64,000 nucleotides of DNA from Hypanus sabinus. Lineage: Eukaryota. Positions 13,246 through 25,924 of this stretch are shown here, one piece after another. The position numbers and the translations under genes are program-made. The stretch is taken from contig NC_082728.1 in assembly GCF_030144855.1 (NCBI RefSeq), positions 10,416,001 to 10,480,000 of the forward strand, read 5' to 3'. Under the pieces are notes generated by a model. The model was not told where the DNA came from and searched no databases. It saw nothing but the letters and a program-made list of their open reading frames with translations. Each line of letters opens with the position of its first letter. Within the stretch, counting starts at the first letter, position 1.

Positions 13246-13915
13246 TAGAGTCTTTCAGAACAGGAGCCTTTGTCCCTCCACAAAGGTTGCCGTATACCAA
13301 CCGGTCTGTGTCACCACCCTCCTTTATAGCTGTGAAGCTTGGGCAACCTACAGCCGTCACATCAAGTCCTTGGAGTGCTTCCACATAAGCTGGCATCAGC
13401 GCATCCTGGGAGTTACCTGGCGTGAGCGGGTGCCTCACACTGAAATACTCGTAAAGGCCAACTGCAGAAGTATTGAGGCCATGATCACCCAGTGTCAGCT
13501 GCAGTGGCTGGGGCACGTGATAAGGAAGCCCCCAAGTCGGCTACCCCACAGAGTGTTATACGGCCAGGTACATCATGGTCGACACTCAGCTGGAGGGCCG
13601 AAGAAGCGCTATATGGATCAGATGAAGAATGCTTTGAGGAAGTGCAAGATCAGACCTGAGGACCAGGAGGATGTTGCTGCTGACCGTAACACTTGGCGAC
13701 AGCTGTGTAAGGACGGGGTTCATATTCTGGAGATGGAAAGACAGCAGAAGAGAGCCGGGAGAAATGCAGCCATGGTTGCCTTCACTACCATCACTACCAC
13801 ATATACGTGTCCCACCTGCAACAGAGTTTGTGGGTCCAGGATCTGACTGTGTAGTCAAAGATCTCACCGTTAAAGGAATGGACATCATCATCAAATTTCG
13901 ATGGACAACCGAAGA
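13246..13915 (+). mobile_element. RTE/BovB-like LINE 3' fragment, inserted into another LINE tail
   Basis: ORF 13061..13846 contains TLLYSCEAW, LQWLGHVIR, GGPKKRYMD and C-terminal CPTCNRVC, typical of the RTE ORF C-terminus. Confidence 0.85.
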
Positions 13916-14879
13916 GTTTTCCGTTGATTCTAGCTACTGAAAATGCCGACAAGACAATGAATCTCTGTGTGGAATACAGTGGCGTACACACACTTCGAGC
14001 TTCATCTGAAGAACAACAGTGAACCCAATTGTTGTATTCTGTTAAAAAAAAGCCCACCAGTTGTGTGGCTTCCATTAAGATGAGAGGACATTTTCCATTC
14101 CAGTTCAGGCTCCACAGGGTCTCCCTTGGCCTTGTCCTGTGATGCCAACCTGGATATTTTAACCTACTCCAAGATCAATCTAGCCCTCTGGTTCACACAG
14201 CCCTCCATTTTTCTATCATCCATGTGCCTATCCAAGAGTCTTAAATGTCCCTAATGTATCTGTCTCTGCCACATCGGCAGCAAATTCCACACACTCACTC
14301 TGTGTGAAATACCCCATATGCTTTCCTCCAATCACCTTAAAATTAAAATCCTGAAGTATTATTGACCTTTAAGTGTGGATTCTATTGGCTATTAACATCT
14401 CTATTAAAGTATTGTGATTGGTGATTGATTATGCAAATGACTAATTTGAACATCTGCAAGGTTACCAATTAGTTAATTATCTCTGTCCACCTCGTCAATT
14501 TCTGTATTAAAATGGAACAGTTTAGGACAGTGAGGTGACAGGGCCCAAGCTGTCCTCCTGGTGCACAAGCAAATAGTGTGATTGAGAAACGAGTCAAAGC
14601 TTTCAGAATCCAGTTAACCTGTGACAATATTTACATGGAGGCTCTGCCAAAATGGCTGACCCTCATCTTCGTTGTATGGGAGAACAGAATTGGGCCCCTG
14701 CAGGTGATAAGCTCCTAAATCTCACTGCTGTTGTAAGGTATCACAAGATGGTGAAAGACACTGCTGACACATTTTTCTTAGACAGTTTATAACCCTGTTT
14801 CCCCCAACCAGGGCAGTAATGATACCCAATACCCAACTCCCCGTCCACCCAGAATCAAGCCCCAAAATCGAACTCTCAC

Positions 14880-14959
14880 CTGGTGTGCGGGATATTATAG
14901 AAGGTATAGTAGACCTCCCGGAAGAATTGGCGGGGAATGTCACGCAGTCCGAGGATGTT
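14880..14959 (-). CDS. SLC26A11: SLC26A11 coding exon 4 (80 nt): NILGLRDIPRQFFREVYYTFYNIPHT(R)
   Basis: gcAG and GTgag boundaries; phases consistent; similar to human NLLGLQNIPRPFF. Confidence 0.93.
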
Positions 14960-15035
14960 CTGCATGAAAGGACAACGGTGTTAAAGAGTTAAATATCTGC
15001 AGCTTATCCACAGCAAGACCCGCTCTGTCCATGGT

Positions 15036-15108
15036 GACCCAGTGGCCTAACAGACAAAGCATCAGCCTCCGGAGATGGGGATTGTGGGTTCAAGTCCCAG
15101 CTGGGTCG
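15036..15108 (+). tRNA. tRNA-Arg(CCG), degenerate, probably a pseudogene
   Basis: 73 nt, GACCCAG/CTGGGTC acceptor stem, CCG anticodon; closely resembles vertebrate tRNA-Arg-CCG but with D-arm, anticodon-stem and T-loop substitutions. Confidence 0.85.
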
Positions 15109-16516
15109 CACTGCAACCCTTCTCTCTGGACTTTAGAAAAATGAGTTGGGAGAGGACATCTCCTTGAAAGTTATTGAGTACTGAAAGGCCTCAATAGAGT
15201 GGATGTGGAGAGGATCTTTCCTACAGTGGGAGAGTTTAGGACCAGAGGACACAGCCTCAGAATACAAGGAAGCCCCTTTAGAACAGAGAGGAGGAATTTC
15301 TTTAGACAGAGTGGTGAAACTGTGGAATTTATTGACACAGATGGTTGAGGATGCCAGGTCTTTATGAGTATATTTACAGCTGAGTTTGATAGGTTCTTGA
15401 TTAGTCAGGGCATCAAAAAGTTACAGGGAGGAGGCAAGAGAGTGGGGTTGAGAGGGGAAACAACCAAGCCATGATGAAATGGCGGAGCGAACGCAATGGG
15501 CCCATTGGCCTAATTCTGCTCCCAAATAGTCTAAAACTCCACTTCGCCTCATTAGAACCCAACATTCACCAGTTCCATAGACCAGCTTCCAATTCCCTGG
15601 TGAGCTTCCGTGGGACCTCCTTCCTCTGACAGTGTATTAGTCAGTGTGGTTCGGGTAGCACAGCAGTTAGCGGAACTCTATCGCGCTGCCAGCAACCTCG
15701 GGTTCAATTCCACTGCTGCCCGCAAGGAGTTCGTCTGTTGTCCTGGCAACCGCGTGGGACGGCCTTGTTTCCTCCTACGTTCCAAAGCCGCAGGGATTAT
15801 TGGTCACGCAGGTGTGATTGGGCAGCATGGGATTGTCGGGTTGTATCTCTAAATAAAATTAAATGTGGTAGTAAGTCAGTTTCCGTGGCGTGAAGCGACC
15901 GAGAGTACGAGACCCCCCCCCCTCCCCCGGATAGGACGCCAGTCTATCGTGAGGTTAACCCCCAGCATTTTGTTGGTGGGTGGACTGGAGCAATGTGTGG
16001 TTAAGTGCCTTGCTCAAGGACACACATGCTGCCTCAGCCAAGGCTTGAACTTACAACCTTCAGATCGCTAGACCAACGCCTTAACCACTTGGCCAGGCGC
16101 CACACCATGTTACCTAGAAGGTCCAACAGAACAGCAGTGATGAGAGACCTCCTTCCCCCCCCCACCCCCAGTGAAACCATAAACAGCTTGGACCAACTGA
16201 GTAACGAAACACCTCCTCTGTTGCTGGAACATTCTAGAAGCAGAGAGCAGGGACTGAGGGGCAATTGATAAAAGGTTATGAAGAAAACTTGTTGATGCAC
16301 AGTGAACAGTGATAATCTGGAACTCACTGTCTGGAGCAGGTGCGACAGAGAAATCAGGAAAAGTATCTGAGGGGAAAATACCGTGGTGTTGCCAAGAAAC
16401 ACAACTCTCTTACAAAGTGCTGACACGCGCTCAAAAAGGACCAAAAGGCCTCCTGTGCTAGAACAACATTTTTAAAGCAATTCCATCAACCCCAACACGT
16501 CAGTATAAGATCGTAC

Positions 16517-16602
16517 CTTCACCTGGCCAAAGCCGATGGTCAGAGCAGCAGAGCTGGTGAAGCCCTTTATCACCGGCAAAGAGATGAAGTCAACAAGGAA
16601 GC
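16517..16602 (-). CDS. SLC26A11: SLC26A11 coding exon 3 (86 nt): (G)FLVDFISLPVIKGFTSSAALTIGFGQVK
   Basis: tgtAG and GTacg boundaries; conserved FIS-PVIKGFTS motif. Confidence 0.96.
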
Positions 16603-19600
16603 CTACAAACGAAGCAAAGCCGGTTAGTGTCCAGAAAACAGCAAATGAGCCTGTTTAGGGGCAAAGCCTAGACATTGGCCAAAACAACAACAGACCAAAG
16701 CTTGCCCTCCGACCTGTAAATAACACAACTCGGCCAGGTTCCCAAAACACATCAAGACTAAGTCCATAGAACAGTACAGGCCCTTTGGCCCACAATGTTG
16801 TGCTAACCCTTTAACATACGGATTCTGGTGTGCACATCGAAGGTTCTTTTAGGAAAGTGGCAAAAACTTGTCACTTCACAATTGTTTAAGTTGATAGAAC
16901 AGAAGGAAACTGAACAGACAGTAGAAGAGAAAGCCAAGATTAATCACTTTGTGCTTAACTATTTTATACCCAGAGACAAGGAAAAATTACATTCCAATTT
17001 ATGGATAAGAATAAACCAATTAGAAAGCACTTATTCGATAATGCATTACCAAATTAACCAATGAGAAAACACTTACTCACTTAATACAAAGGGTCTTTTA
17101 GAGTTCTAGAATTATACCTTGTATAACCACTAGAGGCATATTAAACTGTTATGTGCATACTATAGTCAATGGAAATCATAGTAGGCTGTGACTTGTATCA
17201 TTATACAAAATACAAGCAAACTGCAAAGAAAAATTAAAGAGTCTAATCCAAGAATTAAACAGTTGGATCCAACATAACCTACTCTAAAATCAATCTAAGG
17301 CTTCTCTCCTACGTGGCCCTCCATTTCTCTTTCATCCATGTGCCTAAGAAATGGACCTGGTCCCACCACCATGCCTGGCACTGCATATCCACCAGTCTAA
17401 AAAAAACACCTTTGACTTCCCTCCAAATTACTTTATTATCCATTATGCCCCCTCATTATCCATTTTTGCCCTGTGAAGTCTTTGACTGCCCATTCACTCT
17501 GTTTCTCTAATCACTTTACACATCTCTTTCAAGCTCCCCTGGTACGGGAACTGTACTTCCCTCAGTCACAGGACTCTGCAGAGAGTGGTGCAGACAGCCC
17601 GGTGCATCTGTAGTTGTGAACTTACCACTATTCAGGACAGTTACAAAGACAGGTGTGTAAAAAGGGCCCAAATGGTCATTGGGGACCCGAGTCCCCCCAA
17701 CCACAAACTGTTCCAGCTGCTACCGTCTGGGAAACTGTACTGCAGCATAAAAGCCAGGACCAACAGGCTCCGGGACAGCTTCTCCCACCAGGCCATCAGA
17801 CTGCTTAATTCATGCTGACACTACTGTATTTCTATGTTATATTGACTATCCTGTTGTACATACTATTTATTATATATTACTACAAATTGCACATTGCACA
17901 TTTAGACGGAGATGTAAAGATTTTTACTCCTCATGTATATGAAGGATGTAACTGATAAAGTCAATTCAATTCCTCCTTCATTCCAAAGCAAAAAGTCCTA
18001 GCTCATTCAACATATCCTCAAAAGGCATGTCTCTAATCTAGACATCCTTGTAAATCACCCCTACACCCTCTCGAAAGCTTCCATATCCTTTCAATAGTGA
18101 GGTGACCAGAACTGAACACAATACTCCAAGTTTAAAGAGCTGCAACTTTACCTCATAGCTCTTGAACTCAAATCACCAACACTCCAGTTGCCTCCTTAAA
18201 CACTCTATCAACTTGCACAGTAACTTTGAGGGCCCTACACGCCTGATCCCCAAGATCTCTGTGTTCTCCCAAGCTGCTGAATCTACCAGTAACCCTGTAC
18301 TCTGTCTTCGAGTTTGACCTTGTGAAGTGAATCTCTTCACACTTTTCTGGGTTTGAACTCCATCTGCCAACTCTCAGCCCAGCTCTGCATCCTGTCAATG
18401 CCCCACGGTAACCTATGGCAACCTTCTGCACAACATCACCAGTCTTTCCTCCCCCAACGAAGCTTGCACGCCCCATTCCTTTCAGCACCAGAGCACCCAA
18501 GTTGGTGACAGTACTGACAATGAAGTATTGACCTGGTCCCTGCTGGAACGTAGGGAATACAGAGCCCTCGCAGACAGTGGAAGCGGCCAAATAGTATTGA
18601 GCAAGGAGTAAACATTCACAAAACGCTGGAGGAACTCAGCAGGCCAGGCAGCATCTATGGAAAGAAGTACAGTCGATGTTTTGGGCTGAAACCCTTTGGC
18701 AGGTCCCTGGATCCCAGAGGTAATTCCCCCGTCCTTCCTCTGTCAGTGCCACAAGTCCTCTTGCCCAGAAGTCAGACTGGGCTTCAGGTTTTAAAAAACA
18801 CAAAGATTTGCTACAAGTATAAAATGCAACAGCAAGTGAAGGGGATACTCAGCAGGTCAGGCAGCTGCTGTGGAGAGAATAGCAGGGTTCCTGTCTCGGG
18901 TTGGTGACTTTCCATAGGACCTTATTCCTTGGACGATACAGCAGTGTGGTGTCACAGCACAGCTGGGACTCAGTCTCTGTACAGGAACAAACCCATAGCC
19001 AGAGAACCCACTGAAAGGCCTTTGGCCCCTCCCGTCCACACCAAACATCACGGTATCAGAGATCCTGCTTCTGAACGTTATGGCCCACGATCTTCTACAC
19101 CATCGTGATCCAAGTGGTCGTCTGAACAACAGCTCATGTTGTGAGAATCTCTGCCTCCAACAGCTCCACAGTTAGGGCGTTCCAGATTCCATCTACCCTT
19201 TGGGTGAAAACATTCTTCCCCAGATCCCCACCAGCTTTTGACTCCAGAGCGAGGATCGTTGCACCCTAAGCTATAGCTGAAATCTTCAGCATGCGCCACC
19301 TGAATTACTGAGATTGTCCATCACTGGTGTCAACAATGACTCCCAAATCAAAGAACAACTGTCCGTCAGCCAATTTATTATCGATTTATTACCATGTAAT
19401 ACTTTGACATTCATTTCCTTCCATTTACAAAAAAATTGAATTTTATGAAAAACTATAAAGACTAACAAACAACCCATGGGCAAAAGACAAACTGTGGAAA
19501 TACCGATTAAAACTGAGAACACGAGCTGTGAAGAGTCCTTGAAAGTGAGTCTAGAGGTCATAGAATCCATTAAGAGCTTTGGTGATTGAGGTCATTTACA

Positions 19601-20350
19601 TTAGTTCAGGCCATAAAGGAGACGGCTAGGACACCCTACTTGGGGCGAAGGGAGCGTGGAGGGTTGTGACCACAGAGAGGAGACCAGCCCTGTGCGTCAG
19701 CCCGAACCCTGCAGGAGGCAGTGTAGTGGTTTCAGACTGTGTCCGTGCACCACCACGCCCCAACAGACTTCACACTTAGCTGCAGTCCCCTCCCCACATA
19801 CCCATCCCCCACCCAGACCACATGATACATTGGCAGAATTAGACCATTCGGCCCATCAAGTCTGCTCTGCCGATCCATCGTGGCTGATTTATTACCCCGC
19901 TAAACCCTATTCTCCTGCCTTCTCCCCGTAACCTTTGATGCCCTGACTAATTAGGAACTTATCAACCTCTGCTTTAAGCACATCCAGTGCCTTGGCCTCC
20001 ATTGCTGTGGTGATGAACTGCACAGGCTCTCCACCCTCTAGCTGAAGAAAATCCTCATCTTTATTCCAAAGCAATATCTGGCCCTGGATTCCCCACGATT
20101 GGAAACCTCCTCTCCACACCCACTCCATCTACACCTCACAATATTCAAAATGGTTTCAATGAGATCTCCCCACCCTGATTCTTCTAACCCCCACAGCCAT
20201 CAAATCCTCCTTGCAAGTTAACCCTTTCATTCCTGGGATCACTCTCACGACCCCCTCCAATCCTTTCTTAGATAAGGGACCCAGAAGTGCTCACACAGAC
20301 GGGGAGAAGAACATCAACGGTCACGGTTGAGTTGGCAGCCAGGACCTTAC

Positions 20351-20543
20351 CGAGGCGCAGGACTCCCATCGCCAGCTGGATGCAGCCGCAGAGGAAAGCC
20401 AGCAGCACAGCGTACACCGGGTCGTGGCGAGCGTACGTGGAGACGAGGAGAGACATGATCGCCGTTGGGCCCAGGGTGATGTCCTTCGAGGTGCCGAGCA
20501 GACAGTAAACAAAGCAGCCCATAAAGGAGGAGTAGAGGCCGTA
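20351..20543 (-). CDS. SLC26A11: SLC26A11 coding exon 2 (193 nt): YGLYSSFMGCFVYCLLGTSKDITLGPTAIMSLL...GVLRL(G)
   Basis: ORF 20268..20576; sulfate-transporter signature region; AG/GT boundaries. Confidence 0.97.
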
Positions 20544-22586
20544 CTGAAATGGAAACCAGACGAGGGTCCTGAACACACAGCATGTACGTAAGATGCAGTA
20601 GAATTAGGATAGTCTGCCCACCATTCCACAATAGCTGATTTAATATCCCTGTCAACCCCATTCTTCTGCTTTCTCCCATTTAACTTTGGTGTTCTCACTA
20701 ATCAAAACTCTATTAACCTTTGCTTTAATTATACGCAATGACTTGGCCTCCACAGCTGTCTGTTGCAATGAATTCCACAGATTCGCCACCATCTGGATAA
20801 AGAGATTCCTCCTCATCTCTCTCCCTGTATTCTGAGGCAGAGATTTTCCATGAGTCAATAGGACGTAGGAATAGAAATAGGCCATTCAGCCCATCTAGTC
20901 TGCCCCACCATTCCATCATGGCTGATTTATTTTCCCGCTCAAACCCATTCTCCTGCCTTCTCCCCTTAAACTTGGACACCCTATTATTCAAGAACCTGTC
21001 AACCTCTGCTTTAAATATACTCAATGACTGGGCCTCCACAGCCGCCTGTGGAAATGAGTCACCACCCTCTGGCCTCTCATAGCACTTAACAAAGTGAACT
21101 AGGTCACGTTGTCCGGCCTGGAATAAACTGAAACCTGGATTAGGAATAATCCCAAGGACGGGGACGGCACCATAGCGTAGAAGTCAACGCAACACCATAA
21201 CAGCACCAGTTCCCAGGGCTGTCTGCAAGGAGATGGCACTTTCTCCCCGTGACCTCACCGGCCCCCTCCAGGTGCTCGGGTATCCACATACATTCCATAG
21301 TTTAGTGGGCAGTGTGGGACAGGAGGGCCTGTTACAGAGCTGCATCTCCAAACTAAACTATTTCCTGGAATACTGGAGACCAAGAGGTGGCTGCACTACA
21401 TACCAACCCAGCCATTAACCCTCAGCCTAATCACAGGACAACTTACAACGACCAACTAACATACCAACCGGTACGTCTTTGGACTGTGGGAGGAAACCAG
21501 AGCACTCGGAGGAGACAAGTGCAGTCATGAGCAGAACGTACAAATTCCGTACCAACAGTGTCAGAGTCGAACTGCAAACTCCGACACCCTGAGCAGTAAC
21601 AGCTTTGCACTGGCTGCTACATTACCGTGGTGCCCGTTGTTTATTTCTGGGCTGCATTACCCCATGACACTAACGGATTGTCCACCTTTTCAAAACATTC
21701 CCGCCATCAAAGGCAAGGTCTCTGAGGCAGTGGAAGGACAAAATAATTCACACACAGCGAGATCCGACACTTTCCCTACTGGCCGCCAGAGAGAATTTCC
21801 ACCTCCAACTGGAGGCGACAGAGACTGAGAAAACTCGGGTTAGGCAGCGTCTGGAGAGAGGGGAAGAGTGAATGTTTCAGGTCAGTGATCGAGAGTTCTG
21901 ATCCTCTCTCCAGAACTTTCTCTGTTTTAAATCTCAAGACTTGCAACGTTTGCAGTAACTTGGGTTTTCAGACAGGGTCTGGAGGGTGCCAGGCTGTTAC
22001 CCGACAGACTGCATCTCGGACAGCACGTCTCTGCATTGGAGCACAAGTCGCCGAAGCAACACTGGAGCCCAGCACTGGTCACCAAACTACCGTTAGCAGT
22101 AAGCTCTCAGGGTGGGGGAATTGAAACTGCTTCCCTCTCCACAGAGGCTGCCTGACCTGCTGAGTGTTTCCGGCATCGGTTCCAATGGAAACTGGCTGCT
22201 GTTCTAATCATGGAAACTAGACTATCCAGCATCCAATAAATCTTCAAAAGGCAATGCGTCAGGAAGGCAGCACCCGTTATCATGGACCTTCACCATCCAG
22301 GACACGCCCTCTTTGATTGCTACCATCAGCGATGAGGTACAGGAGCCACTATGATCTAGGAACAGCTTCTTCCCCCACTGCCATCAGATTTCTGAATTGT
22401 CCATGAACTCAGGAGCACTAGCTTGCTATTTTCCACTCCTTTTGCATTTATCTTTAAGTTTAGAAAGGTAATCTACAGTAATTTTTAGGGATTGGACTGG
22501 TGCTCGGAACAAGAAGCTTCCAGACTCATGTCAGAGACAACAAACCTGACGTCGTTCACTAGGACAAAGATCAACCACAGAACTAC

Positions 22587-22772
22587 CTGAGCAGGAAGGC
22601 CAGCAATCTCGGCGTAGGCGAGGGCCTGAGGGACCACGGTCAGACCCACGGTCACTCCAGCCAGGACGTCCATCTGCAGCCACCGAGCCGAGTATCGCGG
22701 CAGCCACGCCAGGATCGGCAAACACCTCTGCAAGGTGCGCCGGGAGCAAGCGCTCCTCAGCGCGGATGCCAT
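22587..22772 (-). CDS. SLC26A11: SLC26A11 first coding exon (62 codons): MASALRSAC...LPILAWLPRYS...GLTVVPQALAYAEIAGLPAQ; exon probably extends non-coding to an acceptor at 22903
   Basis: ORF 22485..22772; PQALAYA motif; donor CAG|GTagtt; candidate acceptor gtccttcAG at 22904-22905. Start codon is less certain than the exon. Confidence 0.92.
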
Positions 22773-23615
22773 CTTGCCTCAAGAGCCTCTCGAGGGTAGG
22801 CCTCGCCAAGCGATTCGCACTGGAGCAGCCTGGGTATCGTGTGATGACATCACTCTTCGGTCTTTCAAAAACGGCCCGGCCTTCCCTCGTCGTCCTGGGA
22901 CCCCTGAAGGACACAGAGGTGTAAAAATCATTTTCTGCCAGGGCTCGAGGACCTGAGTTATAGGGAAAGCTTCAACAGGTTAGGACTTTATTCCATAGAG
23001 CACAGAGAATGAGGGGAGATTTGATAGAGGTACTGTATACAAAATTATGAAGGGTATAGACAAGGTAAAACTCTGATTAGGTAAGACTACACTAGAGTTC
23101 ATAGGTTAAGGGTGAAAGGGTAAATACTTAAGGAGAACCTGAGGGAGAACTTCTTCATTCAGAGAGCGGTGTAAGTGTAGAATGAGCTGCCAGCAGAAGT
23201 GGTGCCGATTTAGTTTCATTTAAGCGAAGTTTGGGTAAGTGCACAGATGGGAGGGCTATGGTCCAGGACGATGGGACTAGACAGAATAATGGGTCAGAAT
23301 GGTCTAGATGACCCAAAGGGCCTGTTTCTCCTGCTGTGCCTCTCTACTCTCTCTACATCCATTGTCTGTGTGGCTAGGCATAGCTTAAATGCCACCTATA
23401 AGTTTGCCAATGATCCAACCATTGTTGGCAGAATTTCAGATAATGACAAAAGGACATACAGGAGTGAGGTATACCAGCTGGTGGAGTGGTGCCGCAGCAA
23501 CAACCTGGCACTCAACGTCAGTAAGACGAAAGAGCTGATTGTGGACTTCAGAAAGGGTAAGACGAGGGAACACAAACCAATTCTCATACAGGGATCAGAT
23601 GTGGAGAGAGTGAGC

Positions 23616-24683
23616 TGTTATGTGTGCTGAACAAACCAGATGGAAATGGGATCCAGAGCTCCCCCCCCCCCCGGGAACTATGCTGCTAATGAGAGAGAGA
23701 GATGAACAGAGGGAGAGNNNNNNNNNNNNNNNNNNNNNNNNNNNNNNNNNNNNNNNNNNNNNNNNNNNNNNNNNNNNNNNNNNNNNNNNNNNNNNNNNNN
23801 NNNNNNNNNNNNNNNNNNNNNNNNNNNNNNNNNNNNNNNNNNNNNNNNNNNNNNNNNNNNNNNNNNNNNNNNNNNNNNNNNNNNNNNNNNNNNNNNNNNN
23901 NNNNNNNNNNNNNNNNNNNNNNNNNNNNNNNNNNNNNNNNNNNNGCTTCTTCACTGATGGAAAGGTAAACAATCTTTTGCTACAAGGACACTTTGCTCGT
24001 TAACATTCTTGCTGAGACAGCAGGGAGTGGCCTAGTTTGATGGACATGGACAAATTGAGTTGATGGATGGCTGATACCCCGTCAGTGGGGATAAAAGACG
24101 GGTCTGGGGAGACACCCTCAGACACACCAGTGGACACTGAAAGAGTGTTGTGCACCCACAGGAAGGTGGGGGCCTGGAGGATCGGTTCAGGGGAATCGGT
24201 CCGGAGCACAGTGGATGAAGGCAGACCGGTGGGGACTTGTTTGTGTGTCCGCCTTTGCCTGAGTGACGAGTCCACCACTGAAGAATGGTCCAGCCTGGTA
24301 CGGAAGGGTCATGATCGGTGACCCCAACAGTACAACGGAACAAGAAGACGACGGAAGGTTTGCCTGCTGCAGCTGCTCATCTCCCACTCGCGCTCTCTCT
24401 CCCCAGCATTGCAACACACCTACCTCAGCATGAACTGAACTGAACTCTATATTCTCTTATGACAATTCATTTACCCCTAGACTTTGATAGAGCTTGTTTT
24501 TTTACTGTTATTATTCCTACACTTCTGTTTTTATTATTGCTAACCTGTTTTATATGTATATTGGCATTTTTGATACTGTATTGCTTAGTTTACTAATAAA
24601 CACCTTTAGTCACCGTACCACCAGACTCCAACGTATCAGTCCATTTCTGCTGGTCTGTTAACCCAGTTACGGGGAACGTAACG
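23616..24683 (+). mobile_element. Solo LTR (Gypsy-like) containing a 227-nt assembly gap
   Basis: TGTTA...TAACG termini, 4-bp TSD GAGC (23612-23615 and 24684-24687), AATAAA near 24595; host LINE reads through gagagtgagc|aatttcaag when excised. Confidence 0.8.
23718..23944. other. Assembly gap (N run)
   Basis: 227 N characters. Confidence 1.
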
Positions 24684-25924
24684 GAGCAATTTCAAGTTCC
24701 CAGAGGACCTAACCTGGACCCAGCACATCAGTGAAGCTATAAAGAGGGCAAGCCAGCGGCTGTATTTGATCAAGAGTTTGAGATTTGATTTGTCACTTGA
24801 AAACTTCTACAGATGTACCATTCTGACAGGCCGCATCACCGCCTGGTATGGGGGAGGGGGGTGCTACTGCACAGGGTCAAAGCAGTCTGCAGAAAGTTGT
24901 AAAATTCGTCAGCTCATCACGGGACATAGCCTCCCTAATATCCAGGACATCTTCAAGGAGCGGTGCCTCAGAAAGGTGCTGTCTATCATTAAGGACCCCC
25001 ATCACCCAGAACATGCCCCCTTCTCTCCTCTACCATCAGGCTCCTGTACCTCCTTCCTGAAGGCCCACACTCAGCGATTCAGGAACAGCTTCTTCCCCTC
25101 TGCCATCCGATTTCTGAATGGACATTGAACCCTTGGACACCGCCTCAATACTTTTTTGTATTTGTTTTTGTACTAGGCATAAATATACTTACTGTAATTC
25201 AGTTTTCTTTCTGTTTGTCACGTATTGCGTTATTCTGCTGCTACAAAGTTGACAAATCTCACGACGTGTGCTGATGATATTAAACCTGTGATTTGGAATG
25301 ATGTTCAATAGATGATATCCTGCTTTAGTCCACTAGGATGTTTATCTGACCCGAGTCTAGATTTAGGTGCATCTGTAAACGTTTATTTTACAGGGGTGAG
25401 GGATCTTTTTGATAGCGTGGCCAAATTGGCAAAAGTCTTCATAAAAATTTTGAACAGAGATCAATGACTAATGAACTAGTAACAAAATTTATGGAACTTA
25501 ACAGGAATGAGTCTTGCTCCTTATTTACATGTACTTGTGCTTTACTGTTAATAAAAGTAAAACAAGACAGATCGAGTTAAATGAGTATTTTAGAAAATCT
25601 GTTCAAAAATTAAAACTAATCTTTTAAAACGACAATTGGAAAATAACATTTCCAAATTGCACAGCTATTGTCATCGGTTACAATTCAAACACTATATAAA
25701 TATCAGGTCTGTGAGGACTCTGCAATGCATCATCCAATGTTACGTGTGCTTGCAACCACCCAGCTGGCAGTAAGCCAGCAGGAGAAGCTCCCTGTGATAA
25801 CCTCTTGCTGCTCTCAGAATGTAAAACTTACTGGCTGCTTCAGTTGGCAGTAAAGATAATCATTATGTACCTTTTTATCATGGGTGTGGTTTAGAGAACT
25901 GAAGGCGGCACTGCGCATCGCTTG

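Larger units (their letters stand above)
23360..25290 (+). mobile_element. Rex1/Babar-like LINE 3' portion (RT motif YKFANDPTIVG), split by a solo LTR
   Basis: ORFs 23247..23630 and 24766..25128 give RT C-terminal peptides (LNVSKTKELIVDFRK; RFRNSFFPSAIR). Confidence 0.8.

Noticed and set aside
22779-22781. Selenocysteine or programmed readthrough at the in-frame TGA
   Set aside because: No supporting SECIS or readthrough context can be seen, the 3'UTR is outside the window, and SLC26 proteins are not known selenoproteins
23595-24003. ORFs containing X runs
   Set aside because: They span the N gap
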